A stretch of 64,000 nucleotides of DNA. Origin: an uncultured delta proteobacterium (GTDB lineage: Bacteria; Desulfobacterota; Desulfuromonadia; Geobacterales; Pseudopelobacteraceae). Below the pieces are notes generated by a model that was not told where the DNA came from, searched no databases, and was given only the letters and a program-made list of their open reading frames with translations. Location of the stretch: assembly GCA_963772835.1 (NCBI GenBank), contig CAVYYZ010000024.1, positions 128,001-192,000 on the forward strand. The letters run 5' to 3'. The translations under genes were made by a program, and so were the position numbers. Positions 28,799 through 38,304 of this stretch are shown here, piece after piece (position 1 is the stretch's first letter; every line of letters starts with the position of its first letter).

Positions 28799-30191
28799 GT
28801 CCGTATTCCTTCCAGCGCTGCGAAACGAGGGCGGCACAGCCGGAAGAGGTTTTTACCTCTTCACGGTGCATGCGACTTCCGGTTGCATCTATTGCAATTC
28901 GTCCGGTTGCACTGTCATGCATAATGTCGTCACCCGCTTCAGTCACATTTACGGCTTTCCAGGCTCCCTGTGCGAGCCCGTTTTTTTCTCCGTCAGCAGT
29001 TACAAACAACAGTACCCGGGCCGCGGCAAACCACGGCAGGGCCCATAAACGGGTGGAAATGTTCCGTACCATGCCGGGCTGAGGGTTTTCAAGGGAAATG
29101 ATGGCGCTTTGATGGAAAACCCACTCAAACGGAAAGTTGATATCGGTGACCGACGGCTCGATTCTCTTAAGAAACGCCAGCAGCAACCGTTCCCACGCCT
29201 GTGCCATCCAGCAGTCCTCCATCGGTGGCGGCCCGACAACGGTCGCAGGGATGACGGCGTCAGGGCGGTGGCTGATGGCGGCTACCCGCATCAGGGGGGC
29301 CGGAGCGGCGGGAGAATAGAAACCGGTGTGGTTGCCGAACGGCCCTTCAGTGACAGTGTCACCCGGCTCAACATACCCTTCGATGACGACCTCAGCCCCG
29401 ACAGGAACCCGTAGCGGGACATTCCGGCAGGGGGCCGTAGCAATCGGGGCACCACGCAGAAAACCGGCAAAAGTAAGTTCGTCAAGAGTGCCTGGCAGAG
29501 GGAACGTGGCACTGAACAGTGTTGCCGGATCGCCACCCAGAACAATGGCAACCGGCATTGCCATTCCGGCACGGCGGAATTGCTCGAAGTGCCGTGCTCC
29601 GCCACTGCCCGAGTGCCACTGAATGGCAGCCCCCTGCTCGCCACGCAGTTGGATCCGGTATAGGCCGCAATTCGGCGAATTGCCATACGGACCGGCAGTG
29701 AAAACCTGTGCCAGGGTACTATAGCGTCCGTGACCGTCTGCAGCACCGTCGCCCGGCCAGCTCTGCAGAAAAGGGAAACGAGCCAGATCCGGAGGATCCA
29801 TGCAGATCAGTGCCGGGTCATGCTCAGTTGTTTCATGGGGGGCAAAGCGCTTGAATTCCGGGAGGGAGGCAATCTGACGGTCAAGTATCGCGACATCAGG
29901 TTCAGATATCAAATCAAGCAGTGCGCTCAGACGGGCAGTTAACTCGTGTAGGTTCGATACGCCGAGCGCCCGGCAGACACGATCCGGTGAGCCGAACAGA
30001 TTGGTGGCAACCGCAAACTCACTGCCGGCCGGATGTTCAAAGAGCAATGCTCTGCCGCCGTTCGGCTGTTTACAGACCCGGTTGGTAATGGCGGCAACTT
30101 CGAGGAGGGGGTTTACGGAAACCTGTACACGGGAAAGCTCACCGTTAGACTCCAGCAAAGAGATAAACTCGTGCAGGTCATTTACGGGCAT
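28791..30191 (-). CDS. UbiD-family (prFMN) decarboxylase-like protein
   Basis: ALLFE, TNLFGS, WPGDG, NCGLYR, EVVIEG, EGPFGNHTGFY, VGPPPMED, IDAT. Confidence 0.88.
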   Translation of the reverse strand: MPVNDLHEFISLLESNGELSRVQVSVNPLLEVAAITNRVCKQPNGGRALLFEHPAGSEFAVATNLFGSPDRVCRALGVSNLHELTARLSALLDLISEPDVAILDRQIASLPEFKRFAPHETTEHDPALICMDPPDLARFPFLQSWPGDGAADGHGRYSTLAQVFTAGPYGNSPNCGLYRIQLRGEQGAAIQWHSGSGGARHFEQFRRAGMAMPVAIVLGGDPATLFSATFPLPGTLDELTFAGFLRGAPIATAPCRNVPLRVPVGAEVVIEGYVEPGDTVTEGPFGNHTGFYSPAAPAPLMRVAAISHRPDAVIPATVVGPPPMEDCWMAQAWERLLLAFLKRIEPSVTDINFPFEWVFHQSAIISLENPQPGMVRNISTRLWALPWFAAARVLLFVTADGEKNGLAQGAWKAVNVTEAGDDIMHDSATGRIAIDATGSRMHREEVKTSSGCAALVSQRWKEYGLA

Positions 30192-30332
30192 GGCACGTTT
30201 TTGCGTACGGCCGATTGGTATACCCTTCCGGTATACCAATCGTAGCGGGGTATTCTCATCATGCGTGAAGTGTAATATGGAGCGGGTGGGGGTGGCAATG
30301 CAAAACTGATGTCGGAGTGTATTAAATCCCGT

Positions 30333-30791
30333 TCAATATTTCGGTACAGGTATGTGCTGCCGGGGAAAATCCTCGGAATCCAGAATGTTGACCAATTGAG
30401 ACAATCCGTTTGCTATGTTGTTCAGCTTGTTTTCAGACAGCATTTTAAGGCCTTTCATCAGCATATTCTGACCTACATCGGGAGCCCGGTTTATAATGCT
30501 TCTGCCATTGGGCGTGAGGCTGACATGCACAAGACGCCGGTCGTGCAGCGATCGTACCCGTTGAACAAAGGACTTTTCTTCGAGTACATCCAGGATTCGG
30601 ACGACAGTAGATGTATTTACATACATTTGATCAGCCAGCATGGAAACGGTTACAGAATGTGCGGTCTCCTCAGAAAGTGCCTTGAGCGCCCAGAGTTGGG
30701 GGCCGGTCAAACCGGACTCAAGCGCCTCATGTTTTGATTGTTTATTCACAACCTGAAACAGGCGGCGCAAATTGTTTGCCGTTTCGTCCAT
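30333..30791 (-). CDS. MarR family transcriptional regulator
   Basis: GLTGPQLWAL, winged HTH, DRR.V.VSLT..G. Confidence 0.9.
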   Translation of the reverse strand: MDETANNLRRLFQVVNKQSKHEALESGLTGPQLWALKALSEETAHSVTVSMLADQMYVNTSTVVRILDVLEEKSFVQRVRSLHDRRLVHVSLTPNGRSIINRAPDVGQNMLMKGLKMLSENKLNNIANGLSQLVNILDSEDFPRQHIPVPKY

Positions 30792-30962
30792 AATAATCGA
30801 ACTGTTTCTTCTAAGGGTCATACGTGGCCTCACTTTCAGTTCCACTGCTATGCAGGTCCTCTGCCACTTTATGGCCGCCATGCGCTTTCAGTCCGCAGGC
30901 ATTTTTTGCGTTCCGGGTTCTATCAGCCAGGCCGGGAGGGTCCTGCCCCAGCCCGGCAGCTT

Positions 30963-31793
30963 TCACCCTTCAATCTTGTCCCATGAATGGGGAATCGTTG
31001 CCGGGAAGGGAAAAAGAGACAGCCCGTTTCTGTCACCGACGTATAATCCGCCCTGAACGTCATGTTGATATCCGATCCAGTCACGAAAGGGTATCCGGTT
31101 GAGGCAATCTTCGAAAACAATGGTTTTTGTCTTCTTTGTCTCATGTTCTTCAAGCTCCTTTCGCGCTTCGGCGAAACGGCTCTGGGCAGCAAGTTGCGGC
31201 TGTTCATTGCGGATCTCGGTAAACATCACCTGACGGAAGATCTTACCGGGCCGGTGTGTGGCGTACCAGGCATACTCCTCAGGCGTAAGATTTGAGAGCA
31301 TAATGAACTGAGTCGGGCGGATGACCAGATAGAGGCGCGGGATACGAATGCCGGACGTTGGTTGTCCAACCGCCTGAGCCACCTGCTCTGTAGTCATCCT
31401 CTCATCGCAGGCATGGTTTGGATACCTCAGCAGCTGAATCGCCTCATCGAGTTTCAATGTTTCTCCGCCCGTTTTGACGAGATAGCAGCTTTGGTAGGCG
31501 GTGATGGGAACGCAATTGAAGGCATAACTTGAAAGGGCTGTTTTGGTGCGGCTCCCCGATTTGACGCCGGCAAGGGCGGCCGTAGAGTCGCCAAAGGCAT
31601 CCCGCCATCCCCCCTCATCGAGATAATGGAAACCGGGTTTTTCACCATCAGTGGGAAGGTCAATCAAGATGCTGCGACCACGGAAATGCTTTCCTGAACC
31701 GGGGCTGCGGCGTTGGGCCAGGCCGTTGATGCCAAGGCTGGTGGCTGTAACACTGCCGGTCGGGATTGCAAGAATGAGATGTGACTCGTTCAT
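30963..31793 (-). CDS. Hypothetical protein with an internal two-fold repeat
   Basis: 276-aa ORF with AGGAG RBS; the two halves share (H/R)L.L.I..., GK.FR, (R/K)TKT and N..P patterns. Confidence 0.75.
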   Translation of the reverse strand: MNESHLILAIPTGSVTATSLGINGLAQRRSPGSGKHFRGRSILIDLPTDGEKPGFHYLDEGGWRDAFGDSTAALAGVKSGSRTKTALSSYAFNCVPITAYQSCYLVKTGGETLKLDEAIQLLRYPNHACDERMTTEQVAQAVGQPTSGIRIPRLYLVIRPTQFIMLSNLTPEEYAWYATHRPGKIFRQVMFTEIRNEQPQLAAQSRFAEARKELEEHETKKTKTIVFEDCLNRIPFRDWIGYQHDVQGGLYVGDRNGLSLFPFPATIPHSWDKIEG

Positions 31794-31868
31794 GGCGTAT
31801 GGCTCCTGTTTGATATATTTACGTTCATTGTATCATGCCTGTGCTATTTGGAAAATATCGCAGGAATG

Positions 31869-33917
31869 TTACATCTTGCTCAATAGCGGGACGATCAGCA
31901 GCGAAACAATGTTGATGATTTTGATCATCGGATTTATGGCCGGTCCGGCAGTGTCCTTGTATGGATCTCCGACCGTGTCGCCGGTAACTGCCGCCTTGTG
32001 GGCTTCACCGCCTTTTCCGCCGTGGTGGCCGTCTTCAATGTACTTCTTGGCGTTGTCCCAGGCACCGCCACCGGTGGTCATGGAGATGGCTACAAAAATA
32101 CCGGTCACGATGGTGCCGACGATTACCCCGCCCAGGGCTTTGGGACCGAGAGTGAACCCGACGATGACCGGAGCAAGGATTGGTATCAGGCCCGGAATGA
32201 CCATCTCTTTGAGGGCTGTCCTGGTGACTATATCAACACAGGCGGCGTAGTCAGGTTTACCGGTGCCTTCCATGATTCCCTTGATTTCGCGAAACTGGCG
32301 ACGGACTTCGACAACGACCGCTCCACCGGCTTTGCCGACCGCTTCCATACACTGGGCGGCAAAGTAGTAGGGGAGCATGCCGCCGATGAAAAGTCCGACG
32401 ATGATGTAGGGGTCGGAGAGGTCAAAGGTTATCGCTTTGCCGGCCATCTTGAGTTCATCCACATATGAGGTGAAGAGAATAACAGCGGCCAGGCCGGCCG
32501 AACCGATGGCATACCCCTTGGTGACCGCCTTGGTGGTGTTGCCGACGGCGTCCAGCGGATCAGTTACGGCGCGGACCGAATCATCGAGTTCAGCCATCTC
32601 GGCGATACCGCCGGCGTTATCGGTGATTGGACCGTAGGCGTCCATGGCAACAACGATGCCGGTCAAAGAAAGCATGGATACGGCGGCAATGGCGATACCG
32701 TAGACGCCGGCGCATCTGTAGGCGACAATAATCCCGGTTGCTATGACGATCACCGGCGCGGCGGTGGCCTTCATGGAAATACCGAGACCGGCGATGACGT
32801 TGGTACCGTGCCCGGTGGTGGAGGCCTGGGCGATGTGCTGTACCGGACCATACTCTGTTGAAGTATAGTATTCCGTAATCCAGAAGATGGCTCCGGTAAC
32901 AGCCAGGCCCACCAGTGCCGATATGAAGATGTTGGTAGACGAGTAGCCGGTCGGATTACCGGCCGGGAACATCTGTGCCGTCACGAAGTAAAAGGCGACG
33001 CAGGCTATCCCGCCTGAGGCGATCAATCCCTTGTAGAGTGCCTGCATGATCTTGCCGTTGGCGCCAAGTTTAACAAAGAAGGTGCCGATGATGGAGGCGA
33101 TGATGGAAATACCGCCAAGGATCAGCGGGTAACTGACCGCTCCGGCAAAATTATTGAATGCCATGGCTCCCAGAAGCATGGAGGCGATCAGAGTTACTGC
33201 GTAGGTTTCAAAGAGGTCGGCAGCCATTCCGGCACAATCTCCGACGTTGTCTCCGACATTGTCTGCAATAACGGCGGGGTTGCGGGGGTCGTCCTCGGGA
33301 ATGCCGGCTTCGACCTTACCCACCAGATCAGCACCGACATCAGCCCCCTTGGTAAAGATGCCGCCCCCCAGACGGGCGAAGATGGATATCAGAGACCCGC
33401 CAAAGCCGAGGCCGACCAGCTGGCTGACGACTTCCTTGACAGGGGCTCCCGGCATCAGCTTTATGAGAATCATGTAGTAACCGGCGACGCCGAGAAGCCC
33501 GAGTCCAACCACCAGCATGCCGGTGATGGCACCCCCTTTGAAGGCGACATCAAGTGCTTTGGTAATGCCGCTTTTGGCGGCCTCAGTCGTTCGTACATTG
33601 GCGCGGACCGAAACGAACATGCCGATGAAACCGGTCAAGCCTGAAAGAAGTGCTCCAATTGCAAAACCGATCGCGGTTTTTGCCCCCAGTGTGGCAAACA
33701 GCGCCACGAACATGATCGCACCGACCATGGCAATGATCGTGTACTGACGTTTCATGTAGGCGCCGGCACCTTCCTGGATCGCAGCGGCGATCTGTTTCAT
33801 CCGCTCATTCCCCTGGGGCAGCCCCAGAATCCATCTGGTCAAAATCAGTCCGAAAACGATTGCCGCCGCCGCGCAGACGAGGGCAAAAACTACAGCATAC
33901 TGTTCCATCAGGTACAT
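31869..33917 (-). CDS. hppA: Membrane H+-translocating pyrophosphatase, K+-independent type
   Basis: [48 protein letters not shown] (Lys at the K+-dependence position), [10 protein letters not shown]. Confidence 0.96.
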   Translation of the reverse strand: MYLMEQYAVVFALVCAAAAIVFGLILTRWILGLPQGNERMKQIAAAIQEGAGAYMKRQYTIIAMVGAIMFVALFATLGAKTAIGFAIGALLSGLTGFIGMFVSVRANVRTTEAAKSGITKALDVAFKGGAITGMLVVGLGLLGVAGYYMILIKLMPGAPVKEVVSQLVGLGFGGSLISIFARLGGGIFTKGADVGADLVGKVEAGIPEDDPRNPAVIADNVGDNVGDCAGMAADLFETYAVTLIASMLLGAMAFNNFAGAVSYPLILGGISIIASIIGTFFVKLGANGKIMQALYKGLIASGGIACVAFYFVTAQMFPAGNPTGYSSTNIFISALVGLAVTGAIFWITEYYTSTEYGPVQHIAQASTTGHGTNVIAGLGISMKATAAPVIVIATGIIVAYRCAGVYGIAIAAVSMLSLTGIVVAMDAYGPITDNAGGIAEMAELDDSVRAVTDPLDAVGNTTKAVTKGYAIGSAGLAAVILFTSYVDELKMAGKAITFDLSDPYIIVGLFIGGMLPYYFAAQCMEAVGKAGGAVVVEVRRQFREIKGIMEGTGKPDYAACVDIVTRTALKEMVIPGLIPILAPVIVGFTLGPKALGGVIVGTIVTGIFVAISMTTGGGAWDNAKKYIEDGHHGGKGGEAHKAAVTGDTVGDPYKDTAGPAINPMIKIINIVSLLIVPLLSKM

Positions 33918-33971
33918 CCTCCTGTTTCATCATCCTGTTCCTGGGTATATCCATCTTCAATGCAAAAAAAA

Positions 33972-34676
33972 TCAGCCGGGTACATGTAATCGGTAGCCAA
34001 CCCCCGGTTCCGTTATGATGTAACGGGGACGGGACGCATCGACCTCGATCTTTTGACGCAAATTGCTGATATTCACCCGCAATACCTGCGGTTGATCAAC
34101 GTAAGCAACGCCCCACAACTGCATGAGAATCTGGTTGTGAGTAATTACCTTGCCCGCGTGAGTCACCAGAAAGCGTAACAGATCATATTCGGTCGGAGTC
34201 AACTGCACTTCGGTGCCTCGTAAGATGACCTTGCGGCGGGCAAGATCAACTTCTAGATCCTCTGACCTGAATACCGGCTCCGCTGTCTGAATTGATCGCC
34301 GCAGCGCCACCCTCACTCGCGCCATAAGTTCCGCCATGCCGAATGGCTTTGTCAGGTAGTCGTCAGCCCCCGCGTCAAGGGCCCGTACCTTGTCGCCTTC
34401 CTGTTCTCGAACCGAGAGAACGATAATCGGCACCGTTGACCATTCGCGTATTCGATTGATTACCTCCACTCCGTCCATATCCGGTAAACCGAGGTCAAGG
34501 AGGATAATGTCGGGCTTGAACAAAACAGCAGCTGACAGGGCGGCTGTGCCATTGTCCGTAACGTTAAGCGCAAATCCTTCGGCAATGAGAACCGAGCGGA
34601 GAAACCTCTGGATTGCCACTTCATCATCCACCACCAGCACTCTCGGCGTACTGACACCCCGGTTTTCGTTAGCCAT
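33972..34676 (-). CDS. KdpE-like OmpR family response regulator
   Basis: VVDDE, LDLGLPDMDG, GADDYLTKPFG, LTPTEY, LRQKIE.D.SRPRYI.TEPGVGYR. Confidence 0.9.
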   Translation of the reverse strand: MANENRGVSTPRVLVVDDEVAIQRFLRSVLIAEGFALNVTDNGTAALSAAVLFKPDIILLDLGLPDMDGVEVINRIREWSTVPIIVLSVREQEGDKVRALDAGADDYLTKPFGMAELMARVRVALRRSIQTAEPVFRSEDLEVDLARRKVILRGTEVQLTPTEYDLLRFLVTHAGKVITHNQILMQLWGVAYVDQPQVLRVNISNLRQKIEVDASRPRYIITEPGVGYRLHVPG

Positions 34677-36209
34677 GTGTACAATCCTTCACGTGACGTG
34701 CCCCCTGAAGCGGAATTTCGACTGTAACCATAAATCCTCCGCCGGATTGATTCCCGGCCCAGATTTTTCCACCGTGCGCTTCAACAATCCCGTTGCATAT
34801 GGATAGTCCCAGGCCCGTACCTTTTACACTTTCAGGCACCGGAATCCGGTAAAACTTTTCAAAGATTCTTTTCAGGTCATCCTCAGGGACGCCCGGTCCC
34901 GAGTCGGCTACTTCCAGAATCAGATTCTCGGCGCTACAGTGAGCAGATATCTCTACTGCACTATCCGGAGGTGAGTATTTTACCGCATTGTCGAGAAGAT
35001 TGATCAGTACCTGATTCATCAACACCATATCCATGGCCACCATGGGAATGCCCGGCGCAAGTTTGACCTCTACCCTCCTCCCTTTCAGTTTACGGTCAAT
35101 GGCCGCGAGAGCACATCCTATCAAATCCTGGACATCACACGGCTCCATTTTCAGGATAGTTGCCCGCGCTTCAAGGCGCGTTATATCGAGCAGGTTGCCA
35201 ACAAAGCGGTTGAGTCGATTTGCTTCCTCCCGGGCATTTTCCAGAAGTTCCCGGCGCACCTGCTCGCTCAGGTGGTCCCCATTGTCCAGAATACTGCTCA
35301 ATACCCCTGTTATTGTGGCCAGGGGGGAGCGGAGGTCATGGGAGACCGAGTTTAGAAGCGCCCGTTCCAGGTTTTGGCGTGACCGTAAAATATGTGCCTG
35401 TTCAGCCAGGTTCGACAGGTTGACACGTTCCAGTGCCATTGCCGTCTGTGCTGCAAATGCTTCAACCAAACGGTATATCTGGTCGAATGCAAAGGGTGAC
35501 GCTTCGTCAAAATTAATTGCCAGTACACCCACGGTTCTGGACAGGGCCCGAAGTGGAAAATAGATGAGCCTGGAGGTGTTGTGCGACTCTGTACCTTTGC
35601 CGGCAGCCTGATTGTTATGAAATGCCCAGAGTGCCACATCAATCTCGAGTTGTTCGAATGTGAGCCCCTCGCTGGCAGCAACCATTTCAAGCTGCTTGCC
35701 ATTCGGCATAATGAGGGCGATCCGGGTGTTGATGCTCTCCTCTATGCTTCGTATCACTGACTGCAGGATGGATGCCGTATCGCCGGCAACTGCGAGTTCA
35801 CGACTGAGATGATACAGACAGGCGGTTTCGGCTTCACGAACCCTGAGCGCTTCGGCCCGTTCGCTCACCTTGGTAACCAGGGAGCTTATGACGACTCCTG
35901 TAACAAAGAGTCCAGAGAACGTTGCCAGGTATTCCTTGTCAAGAAAGTTAAAGACAAATCGTGGTGGAACGTAGAGGTAGTTGAACATGAAGCCACTGAG
36001 GGTTACCGCAGCTACAGCCGGCTTAAGTCCCAGTTTGAGTGCTACCAGAACCACCGTTATCAGGTAAATCATCAGGAGATTGATCGGCAGAAAAAAAGCC
36101 GCACTGCTTCGCAGACCAGAGTCGTCACTGTCACGAGTGCAAAACTCGCTGCATACCCGTACACAGTTGATGAGCGCGTCATGTTTTTCAGTCTGTTGAA
36201 GCGTGCCAT
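34669..36209 (-). pseudogene. KdpD-like sensor kinase (DUF4118-GAF-HisKA-HATPase), frameshifted at a T7 run
   Basis: ATG 36209 after GGAGGGG; the first TM helix is in a different frame from the rest; one extra T at 36091-36097 gives a continuous 513-aa protein with SVSHDLRSPL, NLLDNAVKYS, DSGPG, GTGLGL; may be a sequencing error. Confidence 0.8.
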
Positions 36210-36358
36210 CACCCCTCCCTGATGCTTGACCCGTTGAGAGTCTGCACTGTGGTTTGCCACTCTCCGGCACAATCAATTTGAGAATAGTGCACATATTTTA
36301 CCACTGCACCACTCTATCCATTTACGTATAAAAATAGGAGTAAATTTTTTTGAAGAAA

Positions 36359-36377
36359 GCATAAAGAAACCGTAAAG
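36359..36377 (-). promoter_or_regulatory. KdpE-box-like direct repeat upstream of kdpD-like gene
   Basis: Minus strand CTTTACGGTTTCTTTATGC (TTTAY half-sites 11 bp apart). Confidence 0.45.
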
Positions 36378-36782
36378 AGATATTTTTGTACGCCGGGGGG
36401 GAGTGTGAGATACGGAGCGATTTTGATGCGAAGTCGTTCAGGCCAGCGCACCACACCGGCAGATGTATCGTAAAGCAGGTCTTCAGTCGAAAACGGTGTA
36501 CAGCGACAATAGTTCGATATGTTACAGGATGTTACCGCCGCTGTCCGATATTACGGGCATAAATGGCTCTATATTAATAATAATTGCAGACGCAATTATT
36601 GCAAAATCAACAATTTGTTTGTAAAATTGTCTCATAACATGCTGATATGTATAGTTAAATACGAATCAATGTAAAATATAAATTTTAATGTTGACTTGTT
36701 ATAGAACGCCATATCATCATTCGACCGTATAAAGATTTTTCCAGATATTTGTTAATTCAATTTCGCAAGAGCAAGGATTTCC

Positions 36783-37559
36783 ATGAAAAGAGAAAGTAAC
36801 GAATACACGGTGCAGGCGGTTGCAAATGCGTTTGACCTGTTGGAAGCACTTGCCGATGAAAACTCCAATCCAACGGCACCCCTTCTGGCCAGAAAACTAA
36901 AAATCAGTACCAACAAGCTATTCCGAATTATGGCGACACTTGAGCACAAGGGCCTTATCGAACACGACAAGAACAAGGGTGAATACCGACTTGGTCTCAG
37001 TGCCTTCGGGATGGCTCAGCACATCCTGAAAAGTGCCAGCATCATCAGAATAGCACAACCGATCATGGAAGAGCTGGCCAGGAAGCACGACGAGGCTGTG
37101 TATATCACTGTTTTAAACAATGACGAAGTGCTCTTTCTTGACATGGTAGATTCGTTTCAGCAAATAAGGGCCATCCCGTTTGTCGGCAAACGCTTCCCCT
37201 TTTTTACCAATGCTGCCGGTAAGGTTATCAAGGCCATGAGTTCATCTGACGTTCTGGAAAACTTTGGCAAACGGCGGGCATCAAAGGTCGGGATTACTGA
37301 TATGCAAGGACTTGAGTCAGAGCTGGATACCATTCGCAAAAACGGAGTTGCAGTTGATATTAACGGACTGGGTGAAGGCATCTGTTCCGTTGCAGTGGCT
37401 ATCAAGGATTACGCGGGTCTTGTTGTCGGAGCGCTTACCATTTTGGCTCCTTCGTTCCGAATGTTGCAGGAGCGACTGGAACAGGAAATTATTCCTTCCA
37501 TGCTGGTAGGGTCTCAAGAGCTGTCCATTAAATTCGGCTATACAAAAATGCTTGCCTGA
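36783..37559 (+). CDS. IclR family transcriptional regulator
   Basis: N-terminal HTH (VQAV..AFDLLE..., YRLG), NAAGK, SVAVAIKDYAG..VGAL. Confidence 0.92.
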   Translation: MKRESNEYTVQAVANAFDLLEALADENSNPTAPLLARKLKISTNKLFRIMATLEHKGLIEHDKNKGEYRLGLSAFGMAQHILKSASIIRIAQPIMEELARKHDEAVYITVLNNDEVLFLDMVDSFQQIRAIPFVGKRFPFFTNAAGKVIKAMSSSDVLENFGKRRASKVGITDMQGLESELDTIRKNGVAVDINGLGEGICSVAVAIKDYAGLVVGALTILAPSFRMLQERLEQEIIPSMLVGSQELSIKFGYTKMLA

Positions 37560-37574
37560 TTTGAGTACACATCT

Positions 37575-37734
37575 TTCCGCTCCGTAGCGGTCGTACTTCG
37601 CGATTATTACGGCAAGACAGTCAGGGCTTTTGCGTTGTTGACCCGTTCTTTGTGCATATTGCAGGAACGGCTGGAAAAGAGGTCACCACCCGCATGCTGG
37701 AAGGGGCAAACTGCTTTCCATGAAGCCTGGCTAT
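37575..37734 (+). pseudogene. Decayed remnant of the C-terminus of a second IclR paralog
   Basis: Translates FRSVAVVLRDYYGKTVRAFALLTRSLCILQERLEK, then with indels MLEG...SMKPGY, versus the intact gene ICSVAVAIKDYAGLVVGALTILAPSFRMLQERLEQ...MLVG...SIKFGY. Confidence 0.7.
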
Positions 37735-37992
37735 TTGCGGGCGTGTGCGGAGTGGGTCAGAGTTGTTTTGCAGCAGGTTTTCCAATTGAGGCGAAGTTAT
37801 CTATCAACCGCTAAGCGCCCGCTGTGTTGGGCAGGAGTTAACCGGCAGTCACCCGCACGGAAAGGAGGAATATGCCATAACAAGACAATAGACAAGCCCG
37901 GCATTCATGCAATAAATCATCAAATCCCAATTATAAAGAAGATAGAAGCTGGTTCGGGAAGAAATTTAAAAACATCCCAAAAGGAGAAAGTA

Positions 37993-38304
37993 ATGTCTTT
38001 AATAATCGCAAGCAAGATTCAAAACAATCCAAAATACCTTGAATTGGTTCATCGACGTAATAAGCTTGGCTGGACGCTTTCGGCAGTTGTATGCATTCTT
38101 TATTTCGGTTTCACCCTGATGATTGCGTATACCCCTGACATTCTCACTGCTCCCATTGCCGCCGACAGCGTCATCCCCATGGGTATGCTGATCGGTCTCG
38201 GCGTGATAGTGGCCTCATGTGCGACGACAGGAATATATGTTTTCAAGGCCAACAAAAACTTCGATCCTATTGTTGAAGAAATCGTCCGGGAGGCATCAAA
38301 ATGA
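37993..38304 (+). CDS. DUF485 (YjcH-like) inner membrane protein
   Basis: NPKY.ELV.RR..LGW.LS, TGIYV..AN..FD; AAGGAG RBS; coupled to actP. Confidence 0.88.
   Translation: MSLIIASKIQNNPKYLELVHRRNKLGWTLSAVVCILYFGFTLMIAYTPDILTAPIAADSVIPMGMLIGLGVIVASCATTGIYVFKANKNFDPIVEEIVREASK

Noticed and set aside
36210..36294. 541-aa ORF start for the KdpD-like kinase
   Set aside because: Artefact of the T7 frameshift; the true N-terminus is in another frame starting at 36209
37720..37992. N-terminal extension of the DUF485 ORF (194 aa in the track)
   Set aside because: RBS and family length support ATG 37993; the extension runs through the IclR remnant and promoter DNA
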